Source of the DNA: Kudoa neothunni
Taxonomy: Eukaryota > Animalia > Cnidaria
DNA: 64,000 nt
Assembly: GCA_964304625.1 (NCBI GenBank)
Contig: OZ199838.1
Location: 15,302,729 to 15,366,728 of the forward strand
Direction: 5' to 3'
In this document: positions 11,730-25,654 of the stretch, piece after piece
How positions within the stretch are numbered: the first letter of the stretch is position 1
Layout: every line of letters begins with the position of its first letter
Notes under the pieces: generated by a model
The model's database searches: none
What the model saw: only the letters and a program-made list of their open reading frames with translations
What the model was told of the DNA's origin: nothing
Program-made: the position numbers and the translations under genes

Positions 11730-14700
11730 ATGGAGTTTGATCGAGTATATTCACCTGAGACGATTTTGAATGAAAAGGAAAATCTCGAAAAATTATCTTT
11801 ATGTATCCATTATTTTTAGATCGAGACACAATTTATCCAAAAAAATATTAGGTGACGAAAATAAATCTGAAATAAAATTGAATGAGAGGGATTTTTTACG
11901 TATAATATTATGGTGACTGAAATTATTTTTCCAAATTTCAATTGGCTCTTAGGGATCTTAAGAGTAAGTCTAATGAGAAAAGTTTATTTATTTACGATAA
12001 GGCTGCGAAAGTGTTCTTAATCAATAGAAAAATTTCAGTATCAAACGTAAACAAGGTTGATTCTATTTGATGTATCATTATTTTATGTATTTTGATGTGA
12101 ATTAGAAATCCTACGAAAGTTATATGAATGAATATGTTTTAATCTTGAACCATCTATATGAAATAAATAACTTTTTACATGATTACCAGCCAACTCAAGT
12201 TGCATCCAAAACTGATTTAAATAATGAATTTGATGTGGTTTTGGCTCTAAAATTTGCTTTGAATGACGCTATGAACGATTGGCACGACTCGCTGGAGCCA
12301 TACACTTCCCTTTATAGTAAATTACTTTTTGTTAATCATAATTAAATTTATTTTACAATAATTAAATATTATTTGTTGTCAACGTGATTTTAATTTGAAT
12401 CAATTAGATGATGCAACACTTTTGAATTTTTTTCTCAAAATCAAAGTTCATTTTATATATGTATATTCTAGTTTGGTTGATTGTTGAATGATCAAAATTC
12501 GATGTAGATTATTCATTTGTATAAACCATTTAAGCAATGGAATTCCTCAGATAAAAAGGTGTTTGTTTTAATTGTCGAGACGTCAATCTATTTATCGTGA
12601 CTAGGATGGTTATGTGGTTATCGATACTTTTTACAACTACATCAATCAGAATCATGTATTTCTACCGACCAAATGTGATCACGTATGTTTCTCTTTTGTT
12701 GGCTTTATTCACTTATTCTATTTACAGCTGAAATACGTGAAATATTGTTTTCTGAAGTGTTTGAAAGCTTATATGCATCAGATTTTTATATTTATCAATT
12801 TTGGCACTGTTACCGATAATCATTCATTGGATACAACGGAATTTATAGGTTTGTTGTTCGAAAATATTTGTTCTTATTTATTTCTATGGAAATTTAGCGA
12901 TGACCGTGGTTCCGCAGTATTTTAAAGAACTGCTTGACAAAGTTAACTTCCATCAATTTAACCTGTTTATTTTATTTTTTTTTCGTAGATTAATTTGTCC
13001 GCAAAAATTAACTTTTTTAAACTCAAATTAAATCGAAAAGTATTTTCATCATTTTTGTGAATGTTTCATTCGAATAAAATCGATACCACATTATCATTTA
13101 TGACAATTTGATTAATCTTCAATTGATTTTGTTGATAGAATGATGTTAGTTGGTGGCACCAAGTAGAAAAGATCCAAACTAGTTTGAATTATATTTTTCC
13201 CTCTAAATCAAAACCAGCTACACCTAAATATCCACGTGTTAACAGTAGTGTTATTTGTGAGGGTAGTTTTGTGGGGAATGTTAGTGATTTGGTTGGAAAT
13301 AATATTCAAAATCAATTTTCACATTCGACCCAAGAGATGTTCTCGAATAATCGTAATCTCATTTTTATTGTTAAGTGTTTGTATGTTCTTTATCTGTTAG
13401 TTGAACATGATGATTATTCAGCTAATATTTTGAGTAATAAAGTTTTGATAACCGATTCAATTTTGAGAATATTCAACGATGCCTGCGAAAAATTTATGGA
13501 TTACACATGGAATGAATTTAAATTGGATCAATTTTTTCGATTTGTCAAAGTGATAAAATTTTTAGCGATCTGCTATAGTTTTCACTTTAATTTAGAGTGT
13601 TATTCTTTGTGATGACTATGAACTGATGTCAGAATTCATCAATGAGTATATGTTGACCACTTCCTGCCACGAACACGAAGCCAACATTAATAACTATGCT
13701 TATTTTTTCCGAGCCAAATTCACTGAAGTTTATCCGTTGTATGTTTTTATTAATTTTTAAATCGTGCGTAATAGCTACGTTCTAGTCTAACGATTAAGTT
13801 ATCCAAAGCTCAATGTAATCTAAAAAGAAAGAATTCGGCTGAAGCTCCTTCAAAGTGTACACAATTTTTGCCCTTCTCCGACTTGGATTTAACAATAAAT
13901 GTAAACTTTTTTGCAACTAGTTTGCGCGAGTAAATGTGGTTATTAGTTACCAGCTCCATTCAATGAAATATTCACCACTAATCATGTCAAAGTTTATCAA
14001 GGCGTTCTACAACAAAATCTAGTACTACGTCACAACCAAGATCGTCTGTGTAAAATGTATTGGTTTGAAATCGGCAATAAATGTATTTTCTTATTAATTT
14101 CTGTTTTGATTACCATTTAGCAAATAATCAATCCAACATTAAAAGAATATTTATTCTGCGCAATTTTATGTTAAAATTTTTGAACGCCTTTGCCCAGTTT
14201 TGGAGCATCCAGGTTAGTTTTTTTCATCATACAACATAACGAATCCAAAATTTGGAATTGTTTACCTCCTCCCTTTTTTTAGTAGTTTTTGACATTTAAA
14301 AATTACATGATATAGAGTGCCAATGTGTATTTCGAGAATTTTATTAGAAAAACTAATAATTCAAAAAACCTTAACGAAATCATTCAGTTTCATGACCAGT
14401 TTTGTGCCTCGTTGAACTATTTATATTTGATTTCGGAAGAGTTGTCTCTACCACAAAAAATGCTAGCCAAAATCTACGATTGTATTGATCAGTTCATCAA
14501 ACTGTGCAGTGATTCCAACTTTGAATCACATTCAACAATGAATAAACAATTTCTGGCTGATCATTCAATCATGTTGAATTCGTTCATGAATATTGAGACC
14601 GATTTCTTCAAATCCACCTACCTTATAATACATTACCTTTCTAGTTTGAGCTCCCTAGGCCATTTCGATAGATTGCTTTGTATGGTCTCATCTTTGTTAT

Positions 14701-14777
14701 GTATTTGAATGATTGAATGTTTAGATAAGGAATTTGTGGATTCAAATCTGCAGAATTTTAACAAAAATAATAATTAG
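11730..14777 (+). CDS. Gamma-tubulin complex component (Spc97/Spc98 family, GCP5-like), many short introns
   Basis: GRIP-like segments LKAYMHQIFIFINFGTVTD..EF, IFILRNFMLKFLNAF and KNLNEIIQFHDQFCASL. The exon fragments are joined by GT-AG introns. End coordinate and paralogue identity are approximate. Confidence 0.65.
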
Positions 14778-14914
14778 ATTATTGACGAACTCAGCTAACA
14801 TTTGTGTATCGATAAATATCGTCTTTATCATCGTGACGTTGTTGGTATTTATTCTATAATAATTATCAAATATACGGATACATGTAACAAAGGTGGATAC
14901 ACTACATTCTAAGT

Positions 14915-15894
14915 CAGCGCTTCCTGATTCATTTTAGTTTCCGGACCCACTACCACTTACGAGGACAACTCCGCACCCCGTCTCAAAAAAGAGATTTAAA
15001 ACGGATTTATTTTTAGGTGGGAAAAATATTTTTATTAAAATAATATTAAATAAAAAACCCGCCTATTTTAACAAGAAAACAAATGTGAAAATAATAAATT
15101 GATTTTTTTCCTTGTCTTTTTTGGACAATAATTGGGTCAAAATGAGACTCTTCGTCAGATAAAGTTATGACTAAATCATAATTTGTAAAGGTACAAGATA
15201 TGTTAATGTTTTTGTGCAAAATAACAGATGTGAATAGTTGAGCTTACGCGAAATGTTTGATTTTGTAATTTTGTTGCTAAATTATAAATTTAAAAATTTC
15301 ATGAGGAAATTAAAGATGCGATCCAATCTCGAGTGCATAGTTAAATTTATTGAATTTTTGAGTGCAAATTGACTTTAATTTAAAGAATAAAAATTTTAAA
15401 TAATTTAACAAAAAAATCTAAATAACGTAACTTTGACATCAATTAATATTTAATTCTTACATGTCATATAGTTTAATTAAAAATAATAATACAATTTATA
15501 ATAATTCATCAATTTTAAAACATTTTGTATGTCGTTTATCTTTCCTATTAAAGAGTAAATACTGCATAATTTTTTGCGTTGTTCCATTTAAAATTTAAAT
15601 AAAATAATTTATTTACGAATGAAAAAGGAATAAGTTATCATTTTTATTTCATGTTCTAATAAACAGCAAATAGTAGATTGAAAACGTTAATTATTAAGCT
15701 TCAGTAAAATTCATCAAATGACTATTTATTTAACAGACTTATTTCAGCTTCGATTGCGCGCATGATATATTGTCGAGAGAGATTCTGATTATTTGGAATC
15801 GATACATTATGTACAAAGCATGCTTAGTCGTACAATTTTTTCTTTGACTCTCTTTAACTGTCTCCCGGGTCCCTAAGAGGTCAGGGAAACCTTA
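14915..15894. mobile_element. hAT non-autonomous element, copy 1
   Basis: Ends CAGCGCTTCC...GGGAAACCTTA, with an 8-bp TSD TTCTAAGT/CTCTAAGT (7/8 match). Homologous to 19849-20543 in inverted orientation. Confidence 0.75.
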
Positions 15895-18088
15895 CTCTAA
15901 GTTTTCAATTTATCTCTAAAGTCACTCGTAATTTATTTAAATTTTGGATATAACGTTATTAAACGATAAATAAATTGCAAATTAAATTAGTAGTCTATCC
16001 ACTCATATTTTCTATATGATGTAGTTAAAATATTTCTCTATTTTTCATGAGAACTTTGTATTTATGTAAATTGTTATCAAAAAGATGATGGATACATAGG
16101 GGAATTCGACGAATTTAATCATTCTTAGATTTTTTGTTTAAAGAATCCACTCTTAAGCTATAAGACGATAATTCTTTCAATTAATATTAGAATTAAATAA
16201 AGTAAACTATTTTTTATATTATCACAGAATACAATCTCGAGCATACGTCCATACACTAATATTTTCAAATTTTCTGGAACTAAGTCAAGAAAGAGAATTA
16301 ATGAATGTCAATCTGAAAATCAATGGCTTAGGTAATTCAGTCGGCAAACGATTTTGTATAGTTATTTAATTATAATTTTAAATGTTCCTAATGTTTATCT
16401 TAACCAAGGGTGGTGCACAAATTCCGGCCCCGATGAACCCTAATTAAGTTCAGATTAATGGTACACTTTTAAATGAATTGAAACAATCATTCAATTATTT
16501 ATTATCGATTGGTTTATCTAGATGTTGAATATATCGAGAACACCTAATGAAGCTATTAAAATAATTTATTGGAGTTTTTTATTATATGCTAACCGATTTA
16601 TTTCTATTAGCCATTTCACTATGCAATATACAAAAAACTTTTTGTAATCGAAGTTCATGTACCAATTTTAATTATTTCTTCATAAGTGTGTATGGAGGAG
16701 AAGAAAATCATATAGGCATTGGGCGGATTTATGAAGTTTAAAATTCGCTTGACAATGCTGATCCGAAGTTTAAATTCAGTTAAACTAAGTTAAACAATTA
16801 AATCACGTTTTATAAACGATGCGAAATAATATATATTACATTGTGCGTAAAAATCAAAGTTGTCGAAAACTTTCTATAAGAAAAGTACATAAAACGTAAA
16901 CCAAACTTTGACATAAAGGATAATATCCGTTAGAGCTGATAATAAGCACATATTAAAGGGAAATTTAAACTGAACTTCACATATGCGCACACAACCATTT
17001 TGTTCACTCCAGGACAGGGGTCCGCAACCGATATGGCCAAAAGAGCCAATTATTGGTGGGGAAAAATTTTTTTACTTCCGGGCCGCACATTAAATTTAGG
17101 CCCAAAAAGCAAAATATTCAACTTTGAAACCATGAATACATACATTTCAGAAAAATATGGAGAAAATTATCCAATTAGTCTATTTACGCGTATTTCTATA
17201 ATTAATTAACCTATTATTAGTATTTTAATTCAGGGAGGAATAAAAAAAGTATGCACTTGAGTTGGTCTGATTATTTAAAATAATATTGTAATTTCGTTTT
17301 CGATAATTTCCATTATGAACTAGAAATTTTATCATTGACCTCTATACAACAAATATACGATATAAAATTCACTTTCATGAATAATATTGTCAACAAAAAT
17401 AAAATTTCAATCACAAAATTTAATCTTAAAATTGAAAGAGTTACTTTCCAGTGTATTTTCCTGAATTTCATTATTTCAACGACATTTTATATGGGGTTCT
17501 CTTCGTATTAAAACTAAAGAACGTTTAATATTAGAAGAGAATTGTTTCTAATGGATAACATTTATTGAAAATGAATGTATAACTACTTTTTTATGTAAAA
17601 AAGTTGATTCAACCAAATTTTAAAACTGGAAAAATTTTCAACACTTTCATAAGTCTAATTTAAAGGTTCAAAATTGTTGTGCATATAAACAAATAAGATA
17701 TATTTTGTATAATACTCGAACAATTTATTTTTAACTAGTTTCAGTTTAACAATAACCTTTTTATTAAAGAGAAATTTTTAATACAAAGTCATAATTGCAA
17801 TTAATTGCAGCTATAGTTGATAGAGCCCACGACAACCAATCGTTGAAATTATAAAATCGACTGTGATCAATTAATTTTTCCTCAATTAATTTTTGACCAC
17901 CCCTAGCCCCGGCAGTTAGGCTTCAAATTTCCACTGGGAAAATGTACAATGCCATTAAGGTTAAAATTTCTCGTGTGAATACCCTTTGCCTTAAGAGCAA
18001 TACACACACCCATCAACACGCAAGAAAAAAACATAAATTAAACTGATTAAACACTATCCAACCGTTATTAATAAGTTCAACCTATGCA

Positions 18089-19075
18089 TTAAACAGTGTC
18101 TTGAATTGGGGGTTCGAACGATGACACAACTGCACCTCCTTTCGTGACTGTGTCAGCTGCTCCACCATCAGCATGGATTTCTCTCAGTCTTGTAACTATA
18201 ACAACAAATTAACAAAAAGGCAAGATTAATTTCTCATACGATCAATTTTTGGTGCTTTAAGAACTTTTACTTTTCTGATAGTAAAGTCTTTGATTTGTTT
18301 GATGCTTTTGCATCTGGCAGCAACTTCGTCAGCCATGTGATTAGGAATGAGATCTTGCATAACATTCTTGATGCTTCCGTTGGAGAATTTTTCTACAATA
18401 AATTCCCTCATGATTCTACGAATGGCTTTGATTTGGGTGGTTTTGGCGTATGAAGTCTTCTTGACTTGATTCTTTCTTTTGGCGACAAAACACATAACAA
18501 AGAATCTTAGATGATAACCATCCTTTGTTTTGAAATCAACAAAAGCTTCGATTGTGCTCTATAGAGGAGTGATAAGCAACATTCCATCACCACCACACAC
18601 AAACAATCATACCTGTCCTTTCTTCACAAGACTCCAAATTCTGTCAGATGTGATGGACATACTATGGAAATTGGTTATACAGTCTCTTCCTTGTACATCT
18701 TCAACAATAAGCTTGAATTTCTTATAGCCAATGGATGAATCATGAGTTAAATCTTGCTGGTTGAATTCAACAACACGACGCATCAATCCATCAGATGCGA
18801 TTTCTACATGAGAGCAATAATGGTCAAAATCCATCTATTCACAAAATTGGTATTACTGTTTCCTTGAGTGCGATTGACAACTGTTTTTCCAGCATCACGC
18901 AACTGAAAAACAGCCGGAACTCTAATGTTGTACCAATCCTTCTTGGCGAAAGCGTCAACACTATTAAACATGTTTGCTTAAATAAGAACTCTCAATTGTA
19001 TAAAACTATTTATTACGGCTTCTTCTTGGATCCTTTCTTTCCTTTGGAAAACTTCTTATTCTTCCCGACAGCCAT
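18089..19075 (-). CDS. RPS3A: 40S ribosomal protein S3a (eS1), multi-exon
   Basis: Starts [19 protein letters not shown] and contains [32 protein letters not shown] and [11 protein letters not shown]. Ends PPIQDTV*. Confidence 0.97.
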
Positions 19076-19848
19076 TATGTATCACGCTTCAATGAAGATT
19101 GCCGATGTCACACGAGATACAACCGACAAATGTGTGCTGTGCTTGTTATGTGGTTACATTTATATCTCAATACTTTCAAACACCTTTTGTTTTGTTTATA
19201 ATTAAATATTAATAAATACGCATTTTATACTGTAAAACATTTGATATTTTATGGTTTGATACAACTGAATCCGGTAAATACACCAATCATTTTTCATTTG
19301 TGGCATACTAAAGCTCATTTCGATGCATGTTTTCTGGTTAAAGAGAATATTGACTTTCTAAGAAAATCACTCATAAAATAATCGGGAATTATCGGCACGA
19401 TGGAATGCTGTCGCGGACATCGTGAGCAGGGGTTAGCCTTTTGTTTTGAAACTTCGTTTCTATTATACTTTCAAATTAAATTTTGGTTTTTTTATTAACA
19501 AGAATTGAGGGATATTTTCTTCTCGACAATCATTCAAGCTAACTAAATATAATGTCTACTGTGTTCTTGTTTGATGATAGTCTTCATGAATGCTTTACAT
19601 ATACATATCTATATTGATGAGCTTTAAATCAAAGTTATTCTTCTTTTAATTTCCAATATATTCAACAGACATTTTTGTCATTTTGAAACCCTTATGCGCC
19701 GTTAAAGCACACACTATCCTGTTAATGAATATCAGTTAAAATGCTCTTTAATTTTAGATTTTAAATTAAAACAACGATTAGTCATCTAAATTGAATCGCC
19801 GCATTTAAATGCACGACCGATAAGCAATTAGTCATTGGTTATCTAAGG

Positions 19849-20543
19849 CAGGGATTACCATTGGGGTTTCTCGGACATATTTGCTGGGGGTCCTGGACTC
19901 ACACCTAGGATCAACAAAAAAACTTCACGACTAAGCATACTTTGTACATAATGTATCGATTATAGATAATCAGAATCTCCTTCGAAAATATATCATGTGC
20001 GCAATCGGAGCTGAAATAAGTCTGATAAACAAATAGTCATTTTTTGAATTTTATTGAAAAATAATTCGTTTTCATCCGTAAATACATTATTTAATTTAAA
20101 TTTTAATGACAGAAATTAAAAATTGTGAAATGTTTACTTCTAAAAGTAAGAAAGTTAAACGACTTATCAAGTGTTTTAAAATGGGCTGAACTATTTAAAA
20201 TTGTAATATTTATTAGGTTTAAGTAAACATTAAGGCAAATAAAAATTAAGCTTTAATTGGTTCCATGATTATGTTATTTAGATTTTTTTAATTATTTAAA
20301 TTTTTATAACTTAAATTGAAATCAGTTGACACTCAAAAATTATATAGAGGAAAACTTTGCATTCGATATTGGGCCACATATTTATTTTATTCACATTTGT
20401 TTTCTTTTTAACGTAATTTCGAAAAAAAATATTTTACCCGCCTAAAAATAGATCCAATTTAAACCTCCATATTGAGGAGGGATGAGGTGTTGTCCTCGTA
20501 AATGGTAGAGGATGCGGAACCTAAAATGAATCAGGAAGCACAG
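19849..20543. mobile_element. hAT non-autonomous element, copy 2 (inverted relative to copy 1)
   Basis: Both terminal blocks (over 100 bp each) are reverse-complement matches to the ends of 14915-15894. Begins CAGGGATTACC. The TSD is degenerate. Confidence 0.75.
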
Positions 20544-20919
20544 ACTTAAAGCTAAAGCATGGTGAAGAAAAGGGAACGTGACTAATAATAGTGTACTCAA
20601 AGTTTGACGTACTCTAACCTTGGAATATGATGGTAATATTAACTAAATTATTTGAATCCAAACAAAAGTTTAAATGGATTTCTAGTAATCATAATTAGCG
20701 TAATTCTCAACCTTACAACTAATTTATAGAGATTTGCAAAAAACAGTAAAGAGAATCCATAGGATATCACCATAATGACAGTTATTTACATTAAAAATAT
20801 GAAAAAATAAAATCTCTAAAGACAAACAAAATACAACTAGATCTATCAACTAATAGTTAATGAATGAAGAAAAGACTGAACAATTGTTAGATGTTGTTAG
20901 TTAGTTAGTTAGGTTGCAG

Positions 20920-22735
20920 TTATTTTTTAAGTAAAGAGACACCAGTCATTTCTGGAGGAATGGCCAAGCCCATGACTTCGAGGATTGTGGGAGCGACGTC
21001 ACACAAAGCTGGCAACCTGTTCGAAGGGGCTTTAAGATGGATTCCATTGTCGTTAGCGAAAGGAACAGGCGAACATCGTGTGAGCAGTGCGAGGGTCAGT
21101 GGTTCCGGGTACATACATTTGTTCGGCATTACCGTGATCGGCAGTGACCATAAATATATAACCATACTTTTTGCAAGATTCAACGATTCTACCTATGCAT
21201 CTATCGGTTTCGGTGCAAGCAACGATAGTGGGTTCGTATTTGCCGGTGTGACCAACCATATCAGGAGGGGCAAAATTACACATAACGAAGGCATATTCAC
21301 CAGACTCAATTCCTTTAACGACCTAAAGATCAACATGAATATTACGATAGGTTTTGGAATTTCAATCTAAACAAAATTACCTCAGTAGCAACGCCGTCAG
21401 CACTCATTTCAGGTTTAAGATCGTAGGTAGCAACCTTGGGTGATGGAACAAGAGCGCGTTCCTCACCATCGAACTGAATTTCTCTTCCACCATTGAAGAA
21501 AAAGGTCACATGAGGGTACTTTTCAGTCTCTACAGAAGCAGGTTATATTAGATGCAAATTCAAGAGATCAACAACCAGCAACGTGAAGTTGTTTAAGTCC
21601 CTGTTTGGAAAGCCATTCAGCAAGTACATTGTCCATGGTGAGAGGTGGGAAAAGAACTTTGAAATATTTGTTAAATTCAGCGTTGTATTGAGTCATGGTA
21701 TATATTTTGAGGTCTTTAGCAGTTTTGATCGGCTCAAAATGACGTTCAATGCCAAACGACGACGTGATTTGTCTCATACGATCGGAACGGTAATCGAAAA
21801 ATATCAATGTATCACCATCAGCAATGAGACCTTCTTTCGAAAGGCAGATGGGCTTCAAGAATTCGTCGGTTTCGCTTTCTTCGTATCGCGATTTAATATA
21901 CTAGACAGAACAGGCGTATAAAAAGTGAGAAGACACACCAACAATCTTAGAAATTACTGGAATGAGTTGATCTACGGTGCATTCGTGACCACTTCCGGCA
22001 GTGAGTGCATCATAAGCAATCTTTATACGTTCCCAACGCTTATCACGATCCATAGCATAGTATCTACCGACTACTGTAGCCAATGTACCATAATCTCCGA
22101 GAGATTTGATGTAATCAAGCAATTGTTGCACGTAGGTAACTCCACTCACAGGAGAGGTATCTCTACCGTCTGAGAAGAAATGAATGTAACAATGTTGGAC
22201 ACCCATTTCTTTAGCAGCCTTAATCATAGCGAGTAAATGGTTGATGTGAGAATGGACACCACCATCACTAACAAGACCCAACAAATGAAGTCGAGATCCA
22301 GAATTGCTGACAGCATTTTTGCAGGCATCTGCAAAAACTTCATTCTTTGTGATTGCGTTCTGCTTCACACAGTCATTGATAACGACAATATCTTGTTTGG
22401 CCACACGTCCACTTCCAATATTCAAATGACCAACCTCACTGTTGCCCATCTGACCAGCTGGAATACCAACGTTTTCCTCAGAAGCTTCCAACCACATGTT
22501 GTTTCCTGCAACCAATTTATCCATGTATGGGGTTACAGCATGGTAGATGGCATTTCCTAATAACAACAAATCATCACATCAACAACGGCAGTAGTTGGTA
22601 TTTAGAAAAAAGAATTAAAATCGAGTTTTGTTTAATTATCGAACTAATTATTTACAATAAATTACCATGGGTGTCTTTATTGTCACCCCAACCATCAATC
22701 ACAACCAAACAAACTTTCTTAACGCTATCAGCCAT
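20920..22735 (-). CDS. gpmI: 2,3-bisphosphoglycerate-independent phosphoglycerate mutase (iPGM); apparent 1-nt frameshift at about 21076
   Basis: Motifs [21 protein letters not shown] (catalytic Ser), [55 protein letters not shown] and DVAPTIL, with short introns. Confidence 0.95.
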
Positions 22736-23329
22736 TCTCCGAAAACAAGCAATTGGATCGGAAGATCAAGAGATTTTCTTACAGATTAAATATACACCGA
22801 TTTAACGATTAAATGCCATTTTTGAGCCATGTCCGACTTATCACGAAGTTGTTTTTGAGCATTTTTATTTCGAAATTCTGCGGATACGACGTATTCCTTT
22901 ATTGTTCTATCGTAAAATAGCAGTATGATTTCATTTATTGTCTTGATATGGTGTAATAAGTTTAATATTTAATTTGGTGTTTATTAAATACATCATCCTA
23001 TAATCTGTTTAGTTAATAAATCATGAATATGACAAAATTTTCTAAACATAAATTTTAATAAATCATCTACAAGATATAAGTCTAAGTTTATTTTTGTTTG
23101 TTTGTTTGTTTGTTTGATAACACGAATCAGTTGTTCTACAGTTATACACTGGCGTTAATATAGGCACGTGCTATTGAATAATAGATGTAAACTCTTCGGG
23201 GTACATCGGCATAAGTGACATTCATCCTAATAATTTGGTTCTTTCCTGAGTGTTACCTAAGATTAATACAGATTTTGACAATGATTTCAGATTTTCGCAA
23301 AATTGTTGTGAAGTTTGGGATTGTAAAAG

Positions 23330-23465
23330 GCAGAGGCTATTGGCGCGGTAAAATTTAAGCCTAAACGGCATGTCCGCTTGCGCAAAGAGAATTTTTAATC
23401 TTAGCAACTCCAATTTACAAGCTGGTTGTAGATTTTATTTTTTAGAATCTGCTATATTTAATTAC
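23330..23465. repeat. Dispersed repeat, second copy at about 28690-28818
   Basis: Both copies end in TTTTTTAGAATCTGCTATATTTAATTA and share upstream similarity. Confidence 0.7.
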
Positions 23466-25634
23466 TAGCACAAACCCTGGCTCACGCTCAGGGACCTTGC
23501 CCAATGTTTTTACGTAACAATTTTTTTTGTAATTTGTAACATTTTGCTAAAATATAAAGGAAATAAAGCATAGAGAAGAAAGGCTCCTTTTATTAAATAA
23601 AATATCAAAACCTGAATACGGATCTAATTTAGTAAAGTCATTTTTATAGCACACAAATCAGATTAATAAAAAATTAGATTATTTTATTTAATTAATCATC
23701 ACATGCGTCCGTTAAATTTGTCCATGTTATTTTTCCATAAGAAAAAAGAATGGGTTAATGAAAAAAATGTTTTGAGTTTCTAGATACATGAAAAATAGAC
23801 AAAATTACTGTCCCAGCAAAAGAATAATAGTGATCATCTAAATATAATATCATGTAATCTCATGCACTTCGTTGACATACTTTGAATATGACCATGATAT
23901 TATGCAGAAAAGTAATCTAATAAATATTGGATAGAAAAGGAAAAATGGGATAAGTAAATATCAATCGTTTTCATTTCAAATGTCATTAGAATAGCCAGGT
24001 ACGTTTTTGTGATAAAAATTTAATTTTTACTAAAGTATAAAAAGCGAAAAGATTCAGATCATTTCAGCTTGAATTTAAACAAATATCAACCGATAAACTC
24101 TCTATTAAGGTTTTACACAAAATTTGACTAAGCTACAATACGTGTGCCAATTTCAGGCGGTATCGCATAAACAACCGGAAATGTTGTTTCCCACAATTTG
24201 CCCTGTAAATTCATTTCATTTTTGAAAAATTTTCACGTTTTTCAATCATAAAAAAGAGTAACTTAATAAATTTCAGACCAACAAGAATTATCTCATAAAC
24301 TGGAATAATAAATCTTACGTCGAGCATATTCGGATTCACGTGAAATATCTATGCTGTTGATAATTTTAAATTTTATATGATGTAAAGAAATATGAAAAAG
24401 AAATCAATTAGTAGGACGAATTGTAGGAAACGACTTTGTTTCGATTGTATGTTAATTAACTTACCTTAGATAATTAGACGCATGAACCTTATTTCAAATT
24501 TTTAAAAATGAATAAACACTACTGAGCGTTTAAAATTTCTTCTTTAGAGCTCCTAAAAAATCGATTCTCTCCTTGTTGTTTACAGTAATCTCTAAATCGT
24601 ACAATATGAAAAGGACTAATCTTGTGAAACTTCAACAAATAAATTTCATATTAATGTTTGGCTACATAACTTAATATTATCTTCCTTATTTTATATGAAC
24701 TAATTCAATTAATAAATTACTTTTCAATAATTTTAAAGTAAAATAAGTACTATGGTATGTTAAAATTAACTTTTTAAAACTTTAACGAAATGATCTATAT
24801 GTTTGCATAAGTCCTCAAATCATACCAATCGTACCATGTGAAAATGTTTTTAGTCATTTTGTAGGATGCAAATCTTCTAAAATTTTTTATGTATTTTTCT
24901 ATGTTAAAATAAAATTTTATCTTTCCCTATGTGTGCTCAAGTGGAACGATATGTCTCTCTATAAAGAATGAAAACTGCGTGCACACACGTGGATTTCCGG
25001 TGTGCTTTACATAGTACATTAGGGCAAAAGCCTTGAGTAGACCAATGGTCATTTTAAGTTCAAAGTAAATTAAGAGTATTTAGATAAATAGTACAAAAAT
25101 TACACCAATAAAGCATGATTTATTTAACTAATTTGGCATAATAAGTGAACTTAATCCTAATTCATAGCGCTGTTTCTACTTGTTGAGGTTTTACAGATTG
25201 CACACCATAAAATCACCGTTATTTAAACAGTGAAAAAATTAATCCCTAGTTTAAAGCTTTAGTTGAATGGTATCAATATTACGATACATACACATCGATA
25301 AAGATATTAAATTTACACACATAGAACCAAAACAACTTCATGTGTATAGATAGCGCGATACCCCGAATTTGCCCGGGAATAGACTAATTTAAATTAAAAA
25401 GAAATGATTTGAAAATGAAGAAAAATATATTATTCCCTATATACAACCCCCGGATGAAAAATATAAATACATAATTTATTTATAACGTCATCCTTTTAAA
25501 GACTGCTTGAGTTAACAAAAATTAGTCGTATCAAAGCACCCAGCTTCGTCTCATAATGAGATTAATTAATCGGAAAAATTGGAAAAGATAAAAAATAATC
25601 TTTATATTTAAACTGATCCGCCAGTTAAAGTATT

Positions 25635-25654
25635 GGTTAAAATGTAGAATAATG
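25635..25654 (+). mobile_element. Solo Merlin TIR of the 5156-7021 family
   Basis: GGTTAAAATGTAGAATAATG matches the TIR at 5156 (19/20). No partner was seen. Confidence 0.65.

Noticed and set aside
16406-17990. Nested hAT-like ends (CAAGGGTGGTGCACA, CAGGGGTCCGCAAC)
   Set aside because: Probably old MITEs, but TIR pairing and TSDs could not be established.
20960-22805. Plus-strand ORFs opposite iPGM (likewise opposite RPS3A, METTL13 and MTMR)
   Set aside because: They are antisense shadows of well-supported genes and show no motifs of their own.
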